Below, piece after piece: positions 46,096-56,904 of a stretch of 64,000 nucleotides of DNA; the stretch's first letter is position 1, and each line of letters opens with the position of its first letter. Below the pieces are notes generated by a model. The model was not told where the DNA came from. It saw only the letters and a program-made list of their open reading frames with translations, and ran no database searches. The DNA is from a virus: the IMG/VR virus record IMGVR_UViG_3300023192_002962, positions 21,738 to 85,737 of that record. One strand, 5' to 3'. The translations under genes were made by a program, and so were the position numbers.

Positions 46096-49000
46096 ATGAG
46101 ACCTAATTCAAAAAAAGAGTACTATATTTCTCCACGAACTAACGTATCGTTGTCGCAGCTGCCTTCTTTTATGAAGAAGGGTACGGACAGTACTTTGTTT
46201 ACATTATCTAATCCTCAGAATATCGAGTTTGATAGATTTTATCATGATATAACAGAATCAGCACTAAATTTAAATCCAACGACATTAGACTTATCTTTGC
46301 CTGATTTTATATATACTTTTTCAGATCTAGCTATAGGGTCGGGGGTAACTGGAGCAAATTCTGAATTAGAGGAAGTATCCTTATATGATTTTAATTTTAA
46401 TTTACCTACCAGATCAGCTACAGCAGCTTCAGTTGTAGATGCTGTCATTGGAGTAACAGGGGCTAATTATATTGATATGCATCATGTGGCTCCAATTACT
46501 TATACGTTAGATGATTATAACTATACGGTAGCTAAAGGGTATATTGGGCTCCGAGAAGGATCTTGGCTTACCAATGATCTTATTTCAGTATTTGATGCTG
46601 AGTTAAATTTAATAGAATCTTTTGGATTGCCTGCTGTTGAACAAAATCTAAGCAGTGCTTCCGATGAATGGATAGAATTAGATGAAAACCTTAGTTATTC
46701 TTTAGACAATAAGTTTATTGTAAAAGACAGTCTTACTGTTGTAAATCCTCATACAGGTACTATTGTAGATGAAGCTGGTTATACTTTTAGTAACAGTACG
46801 TTAACTTTTTATGAAGCTCCTGAGTTTACATTAGTAGTGGAGTATTCTTATGTTCCTTCTCCAGTTTTGCATTCATTATATTATTCTACACATTTTCATG
46901 ATATTTCAGTTTCTCAGGCCTCATCAGCAGCTAATCCTACTGGATTCTTATTTTTAATAACTGACCAACCTGATCTTAGTGCAGGAGTTTCAGCAGGGGC
47001 AGATTATTCACATCCAACAGGCACTACTAGAAGTATAAATTCGTATGATAATACACTAAGTGAAGCCGATGACATTAAAATTAATTTTACTGCAACAGAC
47101 GTATCAGTTGACCAAGAAGTAAGTGTTACCTTTAAATACTATGCAACTTATTCTTATGATTTATTTGATGGCACCTTGGCATATTGGGGTTACGCCAACG
47201 ATCCTTATAATCATCTATTAGTTGTTAATGATTTTATAGATCCTGTTAAAGATACAATATTAATAAATGGAATAAAAGTAATAAATGTAATCACAGAAGA
47301 AGATATTACAGCTGGTTTTACTTTTACGAATGTGGAGGGCAGCACAGGAGCTTATCTTACTAGGGTAGATTTGACAATAACAGGTTCTCCAGATACTTTT
47401 GAAATACAGATTCCTTATATTCGAGAAATTACCCAAACAGAAGCAGCTACCATTTATTCTGAGCCCATGACAGATATATTTACTGTAACAGATGTATCAG
47501 CTTCTTCGACATTTTATTTGAATTTTTCATATGTATATGGAGGAACATCAGATTACCACTCTTATATAACTTTTCCTACAACGTTATCTAAGCAATTTAC
47601 TATGGATACAGCAGGAGCAACCTTAACCATAGGGTCAACATTTGATGTTTCATATGAGGGGTTGTCTAATTGGTCCGTTAAGCAAAAAAGATTATGGGCA
47701 GATAATGGTATTACTATTGATCATTCAGTATTTAAATCAGGAGCAGGGGCATCAACAACATCTACTTATACTTACCAGGACTCCGTTAACAATATAGAAA
47801 TTATTAGTTTAGAAACGGAAACAAATTATCACGCTTCAACTGTTTACTATCCAGAAAAAATACATAGTGTGGACAGTTACTTTGATTTAATTACTTATTC
47901 TTTAAATGATAAAGAAGGCAAAATAGAGCTCTACACAGCTTCACAGGATTTACATGATATTTATAATTTATATTTTATAGAATATGGAGTTACCGGTCTT
48001 GATGGAACTTCTACTTATTATGCTAGTGCAGTTCCCACCCATAGTTCTATTCGGAAACGACCAGTAGGTCTACAGTTATTTCACGACTCAATAGCGTTAT
48101 TAGAAGAAGATATATCATCCGGCGACTTTAATTTAGAGTTCAAAGATGTACATACCCTTAATTCTTTAGCTACCCTAAATACGTTCACTACAGGAGCTAC
48201 ATCAGATACAATTAACTCATTTACTTTTAATAGTGATAATGATTGTCAGTTGTTCAGCGGAGGAACTGGCTATACTATTCCATTATACTATGATTATCTT
48301 ACCAGAATTGTAGATGAAGACACATCAACAGAATCTTTATACTTTCGGGAAGAGTATGCAGGAGCTACCGTAACGGGGGGAACTGGTTTAGTTTACAGCT
48401 TTTCAGACCGAGAAACATCAGTAGTTGAACATAGTGTTGATCATTGGGGTAGAATTTTTGGAAGCGATAGATGGCCAAAAGAAACTTTAAAAGATTATTT
48501 GAATAGGTTAACTAATATAACTGAGGCTAAAGGAGCCTCATCGTTTCAAAAATCATTAGATGGAATATCAGCTACTTTAGGGTCTCCTTCTTACAATATT
48601 AGTACCAGAAATTCATTTGATTTAAGGTATCCTGCTGCAGTTAGTACGGAATCACAAACAGTATTTTTGCAAGGACCTACTGCTACAATATCCACCAATT
48701 ATCCCATTAATGAGTTTATATCAGCTACAATATATCATTCAGACGGAGAAAATTATTCGATTACATTAGCTGATTTAGTCTATACAGTTGGTTCTACAGG
48801 CACAGACCTTTCCTTAATTACTGGAGGAGCAACTACAGGAGACTCTGTTAATATAAAATATAAACCTTATGCTACTCTATCTATAAATGGCGAAGGGTCA
48901 ACAGGGCCATTTACATTAATCTATGAAAACGAGACACATGATAGTACGGCGGTATTAACCATAGATAAACAAGCAATTGATCGGGTATTAGCTTATGAGG

Positions 49001-50781
49001 ACTCTCTTATTACTACTTATAGTTGTTCAGACTTCGTACCAGGAGGTACATTTGCATCATCCTACGGATGTGCTGGGACATATGGAGGAACTACTGTTAG
49101 TGACTCATGCCAAATTTACTGCAATAATGGACAATATACGGCAGAAATAAGCTACTATGCAAACACTACAGATGATATTTTTGATCCAGTATTATATGAA
49201 GAAACTAATATTCATTATTTTACTGATGTGGTTTCAGGATTAGCTCCGTTAACCGAGAATTCATCTCATATTGTAATAAATGATCTTATAAATTCTTCTT
49301 ACATAGCAGAGAACTCTGTAAATAATATACCTGGAGCAACAGCTTCTGACCTTATTAATATGGGAAAAGGACCATTTTTATATAAATGGGGTGAGTTTTT
49401 CTGGGATAATTATAACTGGAAAGATGGTGAATCTTTAAAACTAGGCCTAAAGACCATATTTGATGCACATACAGCTACGCTATCTGTTACCGACCCAAAA
49501 TTCTCCAACGGAGTTGCTTCAGGGAACCATCTAAAATTTCTGGGATTTGATAAAGATAAAAAAGGAGTAGTACAGACTGGTCAATTTTATTATAAGGATA
49601 AACAATATTATTTAGGTTCTGCTATGCAAGTAACGGCGTTTCCGGTTGATAGTGGATATCAACCTATGGTATTGTGGGAGGAAGGCGCAACATTTTCTAT
49701 AGACCTTCCTATAACAGATACCCCTATTGTTGTTCAAAGGGATGAGCCGTCAATTTTATATTCGGCTCAAAATTCTGTAGATATAAACAGTATTAACAGT
49801 AATCCATACAAAGAAGATCTTGGAGATAAAAGTACCGTTGTTACCGCATTATCAGGAAATAACGACTTAAATGTAGTCGAAGTACCTTATGATTTTGGAG
49901 GAGGAACAACTGATAGGGGGTTTGAGGTATTTGTAACCGGAGCTACAGGAGGAACAGGGGCCTCTGCTGACTATGTTGAGTTTTTAGATGGTGTTATATT
50001 TTCGGAAAGTGGATCTAATCATATTGAGTTAACTGATGCACAGGTAATTTATATAACTAACGACATAGAATCAGATCAACATGTATGGTATATTTATAAT
50101 TCTGATAGATATGTTGCTACTCCAGGACCTGAGGATTCTCCCCCAAATTCTTCGATAATTGGGACAGATAAATCACTACGGCACTCTGTTGATGTATCAC
50201 TTTCTTCCCTTATTACACCACTTTCTGATGTATATCCTGAAGTGTCTGAAATTATACAAGATATATCAGGAGCTACTAACGAATACTTTATGATTGACGA
50301 TTTTACTGAAAAAAGAATAAAAATAGAAGATCAGGGTTGGTTGGCAGGCAGTTCTGCTAATCACCATATATTTTCATTTGATACAGAAGAGGGAAACGAG
50401 TACACAATAAAGAGTATTAATATGGATTTTCATACACAAGATTTAGGTAATAAGATTTTAGCTCTAGGAGATGAATTATTACCAGTTAAAGCAATAACAA
50501 CTAAACTTAGTTCGTCTATTATAGATTCGGTTCATCATACAATGAAGATTACTATTGAGGCTAAGGACGAAGAAAATGGATATGTACCTAATGCTTTATT
50601 TACGTTAACAGGAGCAACTTTTACAGAGAACTCTTGTATAACTAAAGCCGACGGTTTATGCATTATAAATACTGACATTCAGATGGGCGCTTCAGGCGCT
50701 ACTGGTGACATATCTATAACGGTGAGCTATAAAGATCTTCCATTTGATACATTTACAATTACTAACATAGGAGAGGTATAA
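46096..50781 (+). CDS. Large baseplate wedge protein (gpI/gp7-like core with many beta-sandwich additions)
   Basis: VDHWGRIFGSDRWPKETLKDYLNRL matches the D..G...G..R...E....Y..RL motif. It follows J, is Thr/Ser/Tyr-rich and has an Ig-like C-terminus. Confidence 0.6.
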   Translation: MRPNSKKEYYISPRTNVSLSQLPSFMKKGTDSTLFTLSNPQNIEFDRFYHDITESALNLNPTTLDLSLPDFIYTFSDLAIGSGVTGANSELEEVSLYDFNFNLPTRSATAASVVDAVIGVTGANYIDMHHVAPITYTLDDYNYTVAKGYIGLREGSWLTNDLISVFDAELNLIESFGLPAVEQNLSSASDEWIELDENLSYSLDNKFIVKDSLTVVNPHTGTIVDEAGYTFSNSTLTFYEAPEFTLVVEYSYVPSPVLHSLYYSTHFHDISVSQASSAANPTGFLFLITDQPDLSAGVSAGADYSHPTGTTRSINSYDNTLSEADDIKINFTATDVSVDQEVSVTFKYYATYSYDLFDGTLAYWGYANDPYNHLLVVNDFIDPVKDTILINGIKVINVITEEDITAGFTFTNVEGSTGAYLTRVDLTITGSPDTFEIQIPYIREITQTEAATIYSEPMTDIFTVTDVSASSTFYLNFSYVYGGTSDYHSYITFPTTLSKQFTMDTAGATLTIGSTFDVSYEGLSNWSVKQKRLWADNGITIDHSVFKSGAGASTTSTYTYQDSVNNIEIISLETETNYHASTVYYPEKIHSVDSYFDLITYSLNDKEGKIELYTASQDLHDIYNLYFIEYGVTGLDGTSTYYASAVPTHSSIRKRPVGLQLFHDSIALLEEDISSGDFNLEFKDVHTLNSLATLNTFTTGATSDTINSFTFNSDNDCQLFSGGTGYTIPLYYDYLTRIVDEDTSTESLYFREEYAGATVTGGTGLVYSFSDRETSVVEHSVDHWGRIFGSDRWPKETLKDYLNRLTNITEAKGASSFQKSLDGISATLGSPSYNISTRNSFDLRYPAAVSTESQTVFLQGPTATISTNYPINEFISATIYHSDGENYSITLADLVYTVGSTGTDLSLITGGATTGDSVNIKYKPYATLSINGEGSTGPFTLIYENETHDSTAVLTIDKQAIDRVLAYEDSLITTYSCSDFVPGGTFASSYGCAGTYGGTTVSDSCQIYCNNGQYTAEISYYANTTDDIFDPVLYEETNIHYFTDVVSGLAPLTENSSHIVINDLINSSYIAENSVNNIPGATASDLINMGKGPFLYKWGEFFWDNYNWKDGESLKLGLKTIFDAHTATLSVTDPKFSNGVASGNHLKFLGFDKDKKGVVQTGQFYYKDKQYYLGSAMQVTAFPVDSGYQPMVLWEEGATFSIDLPITDTPIVVQRDEPSILYSAQNSVDINSINSNPYKEDLGDKSTVVTALSGNNDLNVVEVPYDFGGGTTDRGFEVFVTGATGGTGASADYVEFLDGVIFSESGSNHIELTDAQVIYITNDIESDQHVWYIYNSDRYVATPGPEDSPPNSSIIGTDKSLRHSVDVSLSSLITPLSDVYPEVSEIIQDISGATNEYFMIDDFTEKRIKIEDQGWLAGSSANHHIFSFDTEEGNEYTIKSINMDFHTQDLGNKILALGDELLPVKAITTKLSSSIIDSVHHTMKITIEAKDEENGYVPNALFTLTGATFTENSCITKADGLCIINTDIQMGASGATGDISITVSYKDLPFDTFTITNIGEV

Positions 50782-50783
50782 TA

Positions 50784-53222
50784 ATGTCTTATTTTATAAT
50801 TCCACCAGAACAATATTTCGATGATACGGCTGCAAATCTTGCCACACCGGAGAGATTTAATGCTATATTTAACATAATTAATCAAGAAGCAGTAAGTAGA
50901 CATGGGTTTATTTATCCAATTATGCTGAATGTATCTCATCCAACTATTTCTTTAGATAGTGAGGGGGTTCCAAGCCCCTTGGTAATATCTTTTCAAGAGG
51001 TTGGAAGTGCACTGGCTCCAGTAGATGGGGAAGGTGCTACTTTGTATAACATAACCTATGAATGGTCTCTAGCTACTGATAGTGTAGGGGGTTTCACGGG
51101 AGCAACTGGTGATAGTTCAGTTTCTATAGATTTACAAGGTTCAACTTATGATTCTGCTACCGATACGGTAGGTGTAGACTTAACACTAACATATCTAAAT
51201 ATAAATCAATCTGAATATAAAGTGTTTTCTACTAGCTACTCTGTTCCTTTTGTAGAAAAAGGATTAGATGGAGAAGCTGCAATAACTACTCCTATGCCTT
51301 TAATATATGCACCTTTTAATCATCAACCATTAAGTTGGTTGGAGCCTAATAGCGATCAAAATGCTATGGCTAAAATACTTGCATTCAATCAATCTTTTGT
51401 TCCACCTGGTTGGGGAGCGTATAATGTAACGTGGAGTTTAGTGGATTCAGGAGGTAATGATTATAGTAATTATATTTCATCTTTTGATAATACTAAAGTA
51501 GAACTGCAAATACCGGATGCAGACAAACATTTTATATTAACATTAACTATAACTAATAATGGGGGCATAAATGAGTACTCCACTACCGTTGATATATTTA
51601 CCTATGGACCAGGAGTGTTTTTCTTACAATGGGGTTCGTCTGATGATATTCCCCAAAATCCACATTTTGTAAGTTTAGAGGGAATTACAATTCCACATTC
51701 TGATTCCTTATTTCCTATAGAATCAGGCTCAATGAAAGTAAAATGGGGATATGATAATACCGATTTTGGAGAAGTAGGAATAGCTAATTATTCTGGTTAT
51801 TTAGGGGGACCTAACAGTCCTAATTCTGAAGCACTTTCAACAGCCTTTACAGCTGCTGGATTAACTCCGCCTACCTCCGAGGACGAGTGGAATTCATATG
51901 CTTTAATAAATATAGAACAAGCTGCTAATAATATAGTAGATAATCTAGCTACTTGGTTTATCTTTATTGGTGGTCAAGGAATGGTACAGCAGGCAAAAAT
52001 TGAAGCAGATGTAAGTAGTTCTAATGCTTATTTTTCAGCAATTATTCCAGAATTTGTTAAATCACATACTTATTTAATATCCGGTTTAGCGGTAGGGCAA
52101 GCTCCTAATGGATTTTTTGACCAAAATGTTTCCATAGGGTCTAAATTTGAAAGATCAATAATCCACCTTAAACACTATGAGGTAGGAAATGCAGGCAATT
52201 TAACATATGTAGGCAATCATGATCAAACTAGAATAGTTACCCCTAGTAAATCTATATTTCCTATATCTACTATATTTAAAGGTGTCCCAAATAACATTTA
52301 TTTTCATGCAAGTGTAGCATCAGCTATAGGCAGTTCCTATTCGGGATTAATGACTTCATATGGAGGATTAGTTCCTAGTACAGCTAATTCTGGGATAATC
52401 TCATTAACGTCGGCACGCACTATTTCAGGGGTTGTTGTTGCAGGAGAGCAGTTTGGAGTAGACGTTGATATAACTTTGAATAGTGGATCAGAAAATCCAA
52501 TAGGGTATTTAGTATCGTATCGGGAATTTGGTGCTGCTGACATTATAGATGAATCTTTAGTTCCAAGTTTTAGTGCAAATAGCGCAGATTACTCTGTATT
52601 GTTTATAAAAAGTAGACACTTCAGTCTTCCAGCAAAACTAGGAAGAAAGGTTAAGGTTTGGGTAAAGAGTGTCATGGGAGATGGTTCCATGTCAGTCTAT
52701 GTAGCCAGTTCAGAAGTAGTAGTTCAATTTCCATCTTCATTTGAGCAGTCCTTACTACGTGTACATTTAGGTAGAAGTAATGGAACGACTCCTGCAAGCT
52801 CAGGAGACTGGGAAAATACCTGGGAAGACGAAGGCGCAACTTATGATTTTAGTCAACATACTACTCATTTTGCTACTTTTGCCAAAAAGACAGAATTACA
52901 AGGTGTTAATGTATGGGTTCAAGGCTTAGAAAGCAGTAGCAGTCAATGGGATATAATTATATCTATTGGCGGATCTGGGGCCAGTGAGCACTATGATGTT
53001 GCCACGAATATAGATTCTTCTTCTCCTGGATTTTTTTCTAACACGACTCCTACTTTATATTATTTAGATGATTTATCTGTTACCAAGGAGGCAGGTACGC
53101 CAATTGGTATAAATTTGAGATTTAATGGAGCTACTGGAACAGAAATAGGAGACTTAGGAGACAAAGATTATGATATAACAGTTGAGCTAACATATTCATA
53201 CCCGTTTGAAGAGACTGCTTAA
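50784..53222 (+). CDS. Tail/baseplate structural protein with Ig/FN3-like domains
   Basis: 812 aa, beta-rich. N-terminal LATPERFNAIFNIINQE helix is similar to neighbouring distal tail proteins. Confidence 0.5.
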   Translation: MSYFIIPPEQYFDDTAANLATPERFNAIFNIINQEAVSRHGFIYPIMLNVSHPTISLDSEGVPSPLVISFQEVGSALAPVDGEGATLYNITYEWSLATDSVGGFTGATGDSSVSIDLQGSTYDSATDTVGVDLTLTYLNINQSEYKVFSTSYSVPFVEKGLDGEAAITTPMPLIYAPFNHQPLSWLEPNSDQNAMAKILAFNQSFVPPGWGAYNVTWSLVDSGGNDYSNYISSFDNTKVELQIPDADKHFILTLTITNNGGINEYSTTVDIFTYGPGVFFLQWGSSDDIPQNPHFVSLEGITIPHSDSLFPIESGSMKVKWGYDNTDFGEVGIANYSGYLGGPNSPNSEALSTAFTAAGLTPPTSEDEWNSYALINIEQAANNIVDNLATWFIFIGGQGMVQQAKIEADVSSSNAYFSAIIPEFVKSHTYLISGLAVGQAPNGFFDQNVSIGSKFERSIIHLKHYEVGNAGNLTYVGNHDQTRIVTPSKSIFPISTIFKGVPNNIYFHASVASAIGSSYSGLMTSYGGLVPSTANSGIISLTSARTISGVVVAGEQFGVDVDITLNSGSENPIGYLVSYREFGAADIIDESLVPSFSANSADYSVLFIKSRHFSLPAKLGRKVKVWVKSVMGDGSMSVYVASSEVVVQFPSSFEQSLLRVHLGRSNGTTPASSGDWENTWEDEGATYDFSQHTTHFATFAKKTELQGVNVWVQGLESSSSQWDIIISIGGSGASEHYDVATNIDSSSPGFFSNTTPTLYYLDDLSVTKEAGTPIGINLRFNGATGTEIGDLGDKDYDITVELTYSYPFEETA

Positions 53223-54820
53223 TGAATTTTAAATTCATAGATAAAATGACATTAGATGACTCTGGTTTCAATGTTGGTCCTGTTCCGATAACAGCTTTTT
53301 TGGGAGGAGATACAGAATCCCATCAGGTTAATATAACAAAAGGTATAGACTACAATAGTATGTTTGGTTTTGATAAAACTACTAAACAAATTTTGCCTAT
53401 GGGTTCAACAGGTGCATTTATAATTCCAGGACAAAAGTTAGCAATCGGAGCAGCTGTAGACATTCTGTTAGGACCAGTAGATGCCAATTTAACGTCTACT
53501 TTAACTGACGCAACCGCAGATGAATTTATTATTTATGATTTATTAACTAATAAACCGTTTACCTCTTTTGCAAAAGTTAATTCTAATACAGTACATTTAG
53601 GCGCTTATGATTACCAAAACAATGTTTTAGTGTATAGAACTAGTACTGATGAGGAAAGATTTTTAAAGGTCTCTCCTCGTTATACAGTTGGAAGTGATTG
53701 GAGTATTGTTGATAATACTATTGAGTTAACACATTCCGATTTTGTAGTAGACAACCAACTTACCTTTATGAATAATCCTTTATCTCAAGTTGAACTATTA
53801 TGGTGTGATAAAGAAGATTACAAAAATTGGACACTATATTTACCTAGAAAAATAGAATTAGGTCCAAATTCTACTATACTTATTACTCCTACAGGAGCTG
53901 GACCATCTTCTAAACGACATAAATATATAGAAAAAGAACATATTAATAAAGTAAGATCTAGATTGTTACAAACCAACCATAGAGGCCTAGATATAACAGG
54001 AGACGGAAGTTTTAGTAATAATACAGAGTCAATTAATTATGAGTATGGTTATATAAAACTATATGATAAAAAAGAAAAGCATTATAACAAAGTGGTGTGG
54101 GATATAGATCCTAAACGAGGCTATCTTCTTTTAGAAGATCCGGCAAAAGATGGACTTCTAATAGATTATAAAGTTGATGATTCTTGGTTCCCCTTTGATT
54201 CAGAGGTAATTAATATGAATCCTTTACGTAATAACGTATTGACATATTATGTATGGATTCATAACACTACACATAGATTGTATTATAGTAATTCTAATAA
54301 TAAATCACTTTTGTTTGAGAATAATACTTTTAGTAATACAGTTGTTTTAACAAATAAATACAGTCATTTATTTACTGTATCCACTGTCTATAAAGATTCC
54401 CAGGCTATAGATATAAGACAACACGGAGGAGTTTTAAAAAATCAAGACGGTGCAGCTTTTGATATAAAATCACATACAACTCTCGGCTATTGGGGTTACG
54501 AACCAACACCATTAAATATAGTTTTGGTAGATTTGCCAGACAATATACTAGAAAATATGATAGATCAATTTAACGAAAAAGGAGCAACAGCATATGACTT
54601 AGCTATTCCCGCTAGTATGCAGGAGGATAGACAGACGGCAGTAGTTTATTTAAATGAATTTGAAGATGAAAATGGAGTTAATTTAATACAAAATGAGATT
54701 TTTGAAGCAGTAGGTAAGTATATGCCATTAGGGATTGCGGTTATTGTCCGAGACCAATACACAAATGTATTGTTTGGAACAGAGGACTCAGCGTTACTTA
54801 CTACTAGTCATGGTTTATAG
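53222..54820 (+). CDS. Baseplate/distal tail structural protein
   Basis: 532 aa. The C-terminal IDIRQHGGVL...LNIVLVDLP...IFEAVGKYMPLGIAVIVR pattern recalls conserved large-phage baseplate proteins. Confidence 0.5.
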   Translation: MNFKFIDKMTLDDSGFNVGPVPITAFLGGDTESHQVNITKGIDYNSMFGFDKTTKQILPMGSTGAFIIPGQKLAIGAAVDILLGPVDANLTSTLTDATADEFIIYDLLTNKPFTSFAKVNSNTVHLGAYDYQNNVLVYRTSTDEERFLKVSPRYTVGSDWSIVDNTIELTHSDFVVDNQLTFMNNPLSQVELLWCDKEDYKNWTLYLPRKIELGPNSTILITPTGAGPSSKRHKYIEKEHINKVRSRLLQTNHRGLDITGDGSFSNNTESINYEYGYIKLYDKKEKHYNKVVWDIDPKRGYLLLEDPAKDGLLIDYKVDDSWFPFDSEVINMNPLRNNVLTYYVWIHNTTHRLYYSNSNNKSLLFENNTFSNTVVLTNKYSHLFTVSTVYKDSQAIDIRQHGGVLKNQDGAAFDIKSHTTLGYWGYEPTPLNIVLVDLPDNILENMIDQFNEKGATAYDLAIPASMQEDRQTAVVYLNEFEDENGVNLIQNEIFEAVGKYMPLGIAVIVRDQYTNVLFGTEDSALLTTSHGL

Positions 54821-54885
54821 GAGTATATATTATCGCAACACTACAATCATATAGAATAAAGGAAATACAAGAGCTTATTATATCA

Positions 54886-56904
54886 GTGTTTGGTCAAATG
54901 AATATAACTGATCCTGACGAAAGAAATAATATTGCATTAGATATAGCTACGAGACTTAATACAGGTAATCCGTTGTCTTCCTCATATTCTAAAAGCGATA
55001 CAGCTAATTCTGCGAAATACAGAGCAGATATTAGAGCAATTTTAATTGATGTTATAACGGAATTATTATATATTAGGAATTTGCAAACAGAAGTAAATGA
55101 CCTTGAAGCAGACTCCCGTGATTCAATAAGGTACGCTTCCAATAGAGTAGATAGAATACTTAGCAAACTTCATGCACTGGGAAGTAATGTATTAGAAACA
55201 TTTGAAGAGGGGTTAGTTTCAGGTAAATTTAGTGGGACTTTAATTAAGGATGGTAAACTAAGACTCGACGAAGCTCAGATTACGGCTGCCTTAAAATCTA
55301 TTGATATACTAAAGGTTATTCCAGCTGAGTCTATTACTAATAACACCAAAGTTATTATAACTGGAGATCCCAATGTGCTAGGAGTTAGAGGGACAGGATC
55401 AGATACCTTATGGATAGAATGCATCACTCCCAGAAGAATTGAGCTTAATTGGATAGATAGACCATACTGGGAGTCAACGCAAGATTCTGGATCCTCTATT
55501 AGAATACAAGGACTATTGATTGCTATAGATATAGAATTACAGGACGCTATAACCCCTGCTGCTATTACGGTTAAAGGTACTGATGATATAAGACTATTCA
55601 GGGTTTATGCTGGAGATTCTTTTGGGGGTACAAGACTTTTATCAGCTAATGGAAATCCAGTAGAAGATGTAACGGCGAGTAATACCTCTTATGTGGATGA
55701 TATTGTTTTATCATCTGACTCTGTATATAGTAAATTTAAATTACTATTAAATGTACCATATCCATTTAAAGAAATTGACGGAAAACAAGTTTATAAAATA
55801 GGATTACACAATATAAAAATATCTTCAGAAATAACTAGTGATTTAATTTCAGGAAGTTTTAGTACATTTCCATTTATTGCTAACAATTTATCATTATTCA
55901 AAGCTAAACTGTACGCAAAACAAAAATTATACCCAGCATCTTTTACAGAATATAGTCTATGTTTTTATACAGGCAAACTTAAACAAGAGATAGCTGTTTT
56001 ACCAAAACGTACTCAAAAAGTTTATTCTCAATTAACATCTGATTCAGAAGGTAAGTTTACCTTACCTTTTCCTATTATTTCTGGGCCCAGTGCTGATGAG
56101 ATGACCATTTGGACAAGTGATAATGTAGAAATAACGGATACTTTAGTGCTCGACAACAATGGATACGAAATACAATTAGAGAGCTATCCAAATACAACTG
56201 CTTTATTTGATTATTGGACATTCCCTTATACGTCTTATACAGGGGACAACACTACAGCCGAACACTGGACATCTCAAGATGACGTTCCTATAATTCAAAG
56301 AACTCCACCTTCATCAAATCCTGATAGAATGCTAGGAGTAGATGAAGGAATATTTGCAGGAACATATCTAAATAAAGTTTATCATGATAAAGCTGACGGA
56401 AGGATATTTCCGTTAGATCGAGTTCCTCATATAAATGTTCGTTATATGGATGGTCACGATACATTTGCATTTGAGGTTAATGGTGATGGAATCGGGATAG
56501 ACGATATTACACCTTATCTTAATCCTCTTAATACTATTATATTCGACGAAGATGAGACCAAATTACAATTTTATTATAAAGATAGAAAAATATATACAAG
56601 TTTTAATATGTTAGATCCGGTAGCTTATTCTACTGCTAATGCTAATAATACTTTTCCTTCTATAAACTCTGTTGTAGTAAAGTATGCTACAAAAGCAGAT
56701 TCTGTATCTTTAACAATCAAGTTATACGGAGAAGGTCCTTTAGTTGATATGTATAATCTAGAGCTTATAGGACTAGACTTAGGACTTGAATCCACATCAA
56801 CATTGAGTGTTGGAGCAGACCCAGGTACTGCTGAAAGTTCTACTACGTCTGGATCGTACCAAGGGACATCTAGTGGAGGTTCTAATATGGCTGGATCCTA
56901 TTAA
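54886..56904 (+). CDS. Distal tail structural protein (start may lie upstream, at ATC 54832)
   Basis: 672 aa from GTG. The frame is open back to 54808, and an AGGAG SD at 54819-54823 lies 8 nt before ATC GCA ACA. N-terminal helical segment followed by beta domains. Confidence 0.6.
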   Translation: MFGQMNITDPDERNNIALDIATRLNTGNPLSSSYSKSDTANSAKYRADIRAILIDVITELLYIRNLQTEVNDLEADSRDSIRYASNRVDRILSKLHALGSNVLETFEEGLVSGKFSGTLIKDGKLRLDEAQITAALKSIDILKVIPAESITNNTKVIITGDPNVLGVRGTGSDTLWIECITPRRIELNWIDRPYWESTQDSGSSIRIQGLLIAIDIELQDAITPAAITVKGTDDIRLFRVYAGDSFGGTRLLSANGNPVEDVTASNTSYVDDIVLSSDSVYSKFKLLLNVPYPFKEIDGKQVYKIGLHNIKISSEITSDLISGSFSTFPFIANNLSLFKAKLYAKQKLYPASFTEYSLCFYTGKLKQEIAVLPKRTQKVYSQLTSDSEGKFTLPFPIISGPSADEMTIWTSDNVEITDTLVLDNNGYEIQLESYPNTTALFDYWTFPYTSYTGDNTTAEHWTSQDDVPIIQRTPPSSNPDRMLGVDEGIFAGTYLNKVYHDKADGRIFPLDRVPHINVRYMDGHDTFAFEVNGDGIGIDDITPYLNPLNTIIFDEDETKLQFYYKDRKIYTSFNMLDPVAYSTANANNTFPSINSVVVKYATKADSVSLTIKLYGEGPLVDMYNLELIGLDLGLESTSTLSVGADPGTAESSTTSGSYQGTSSGGSNMAGSY

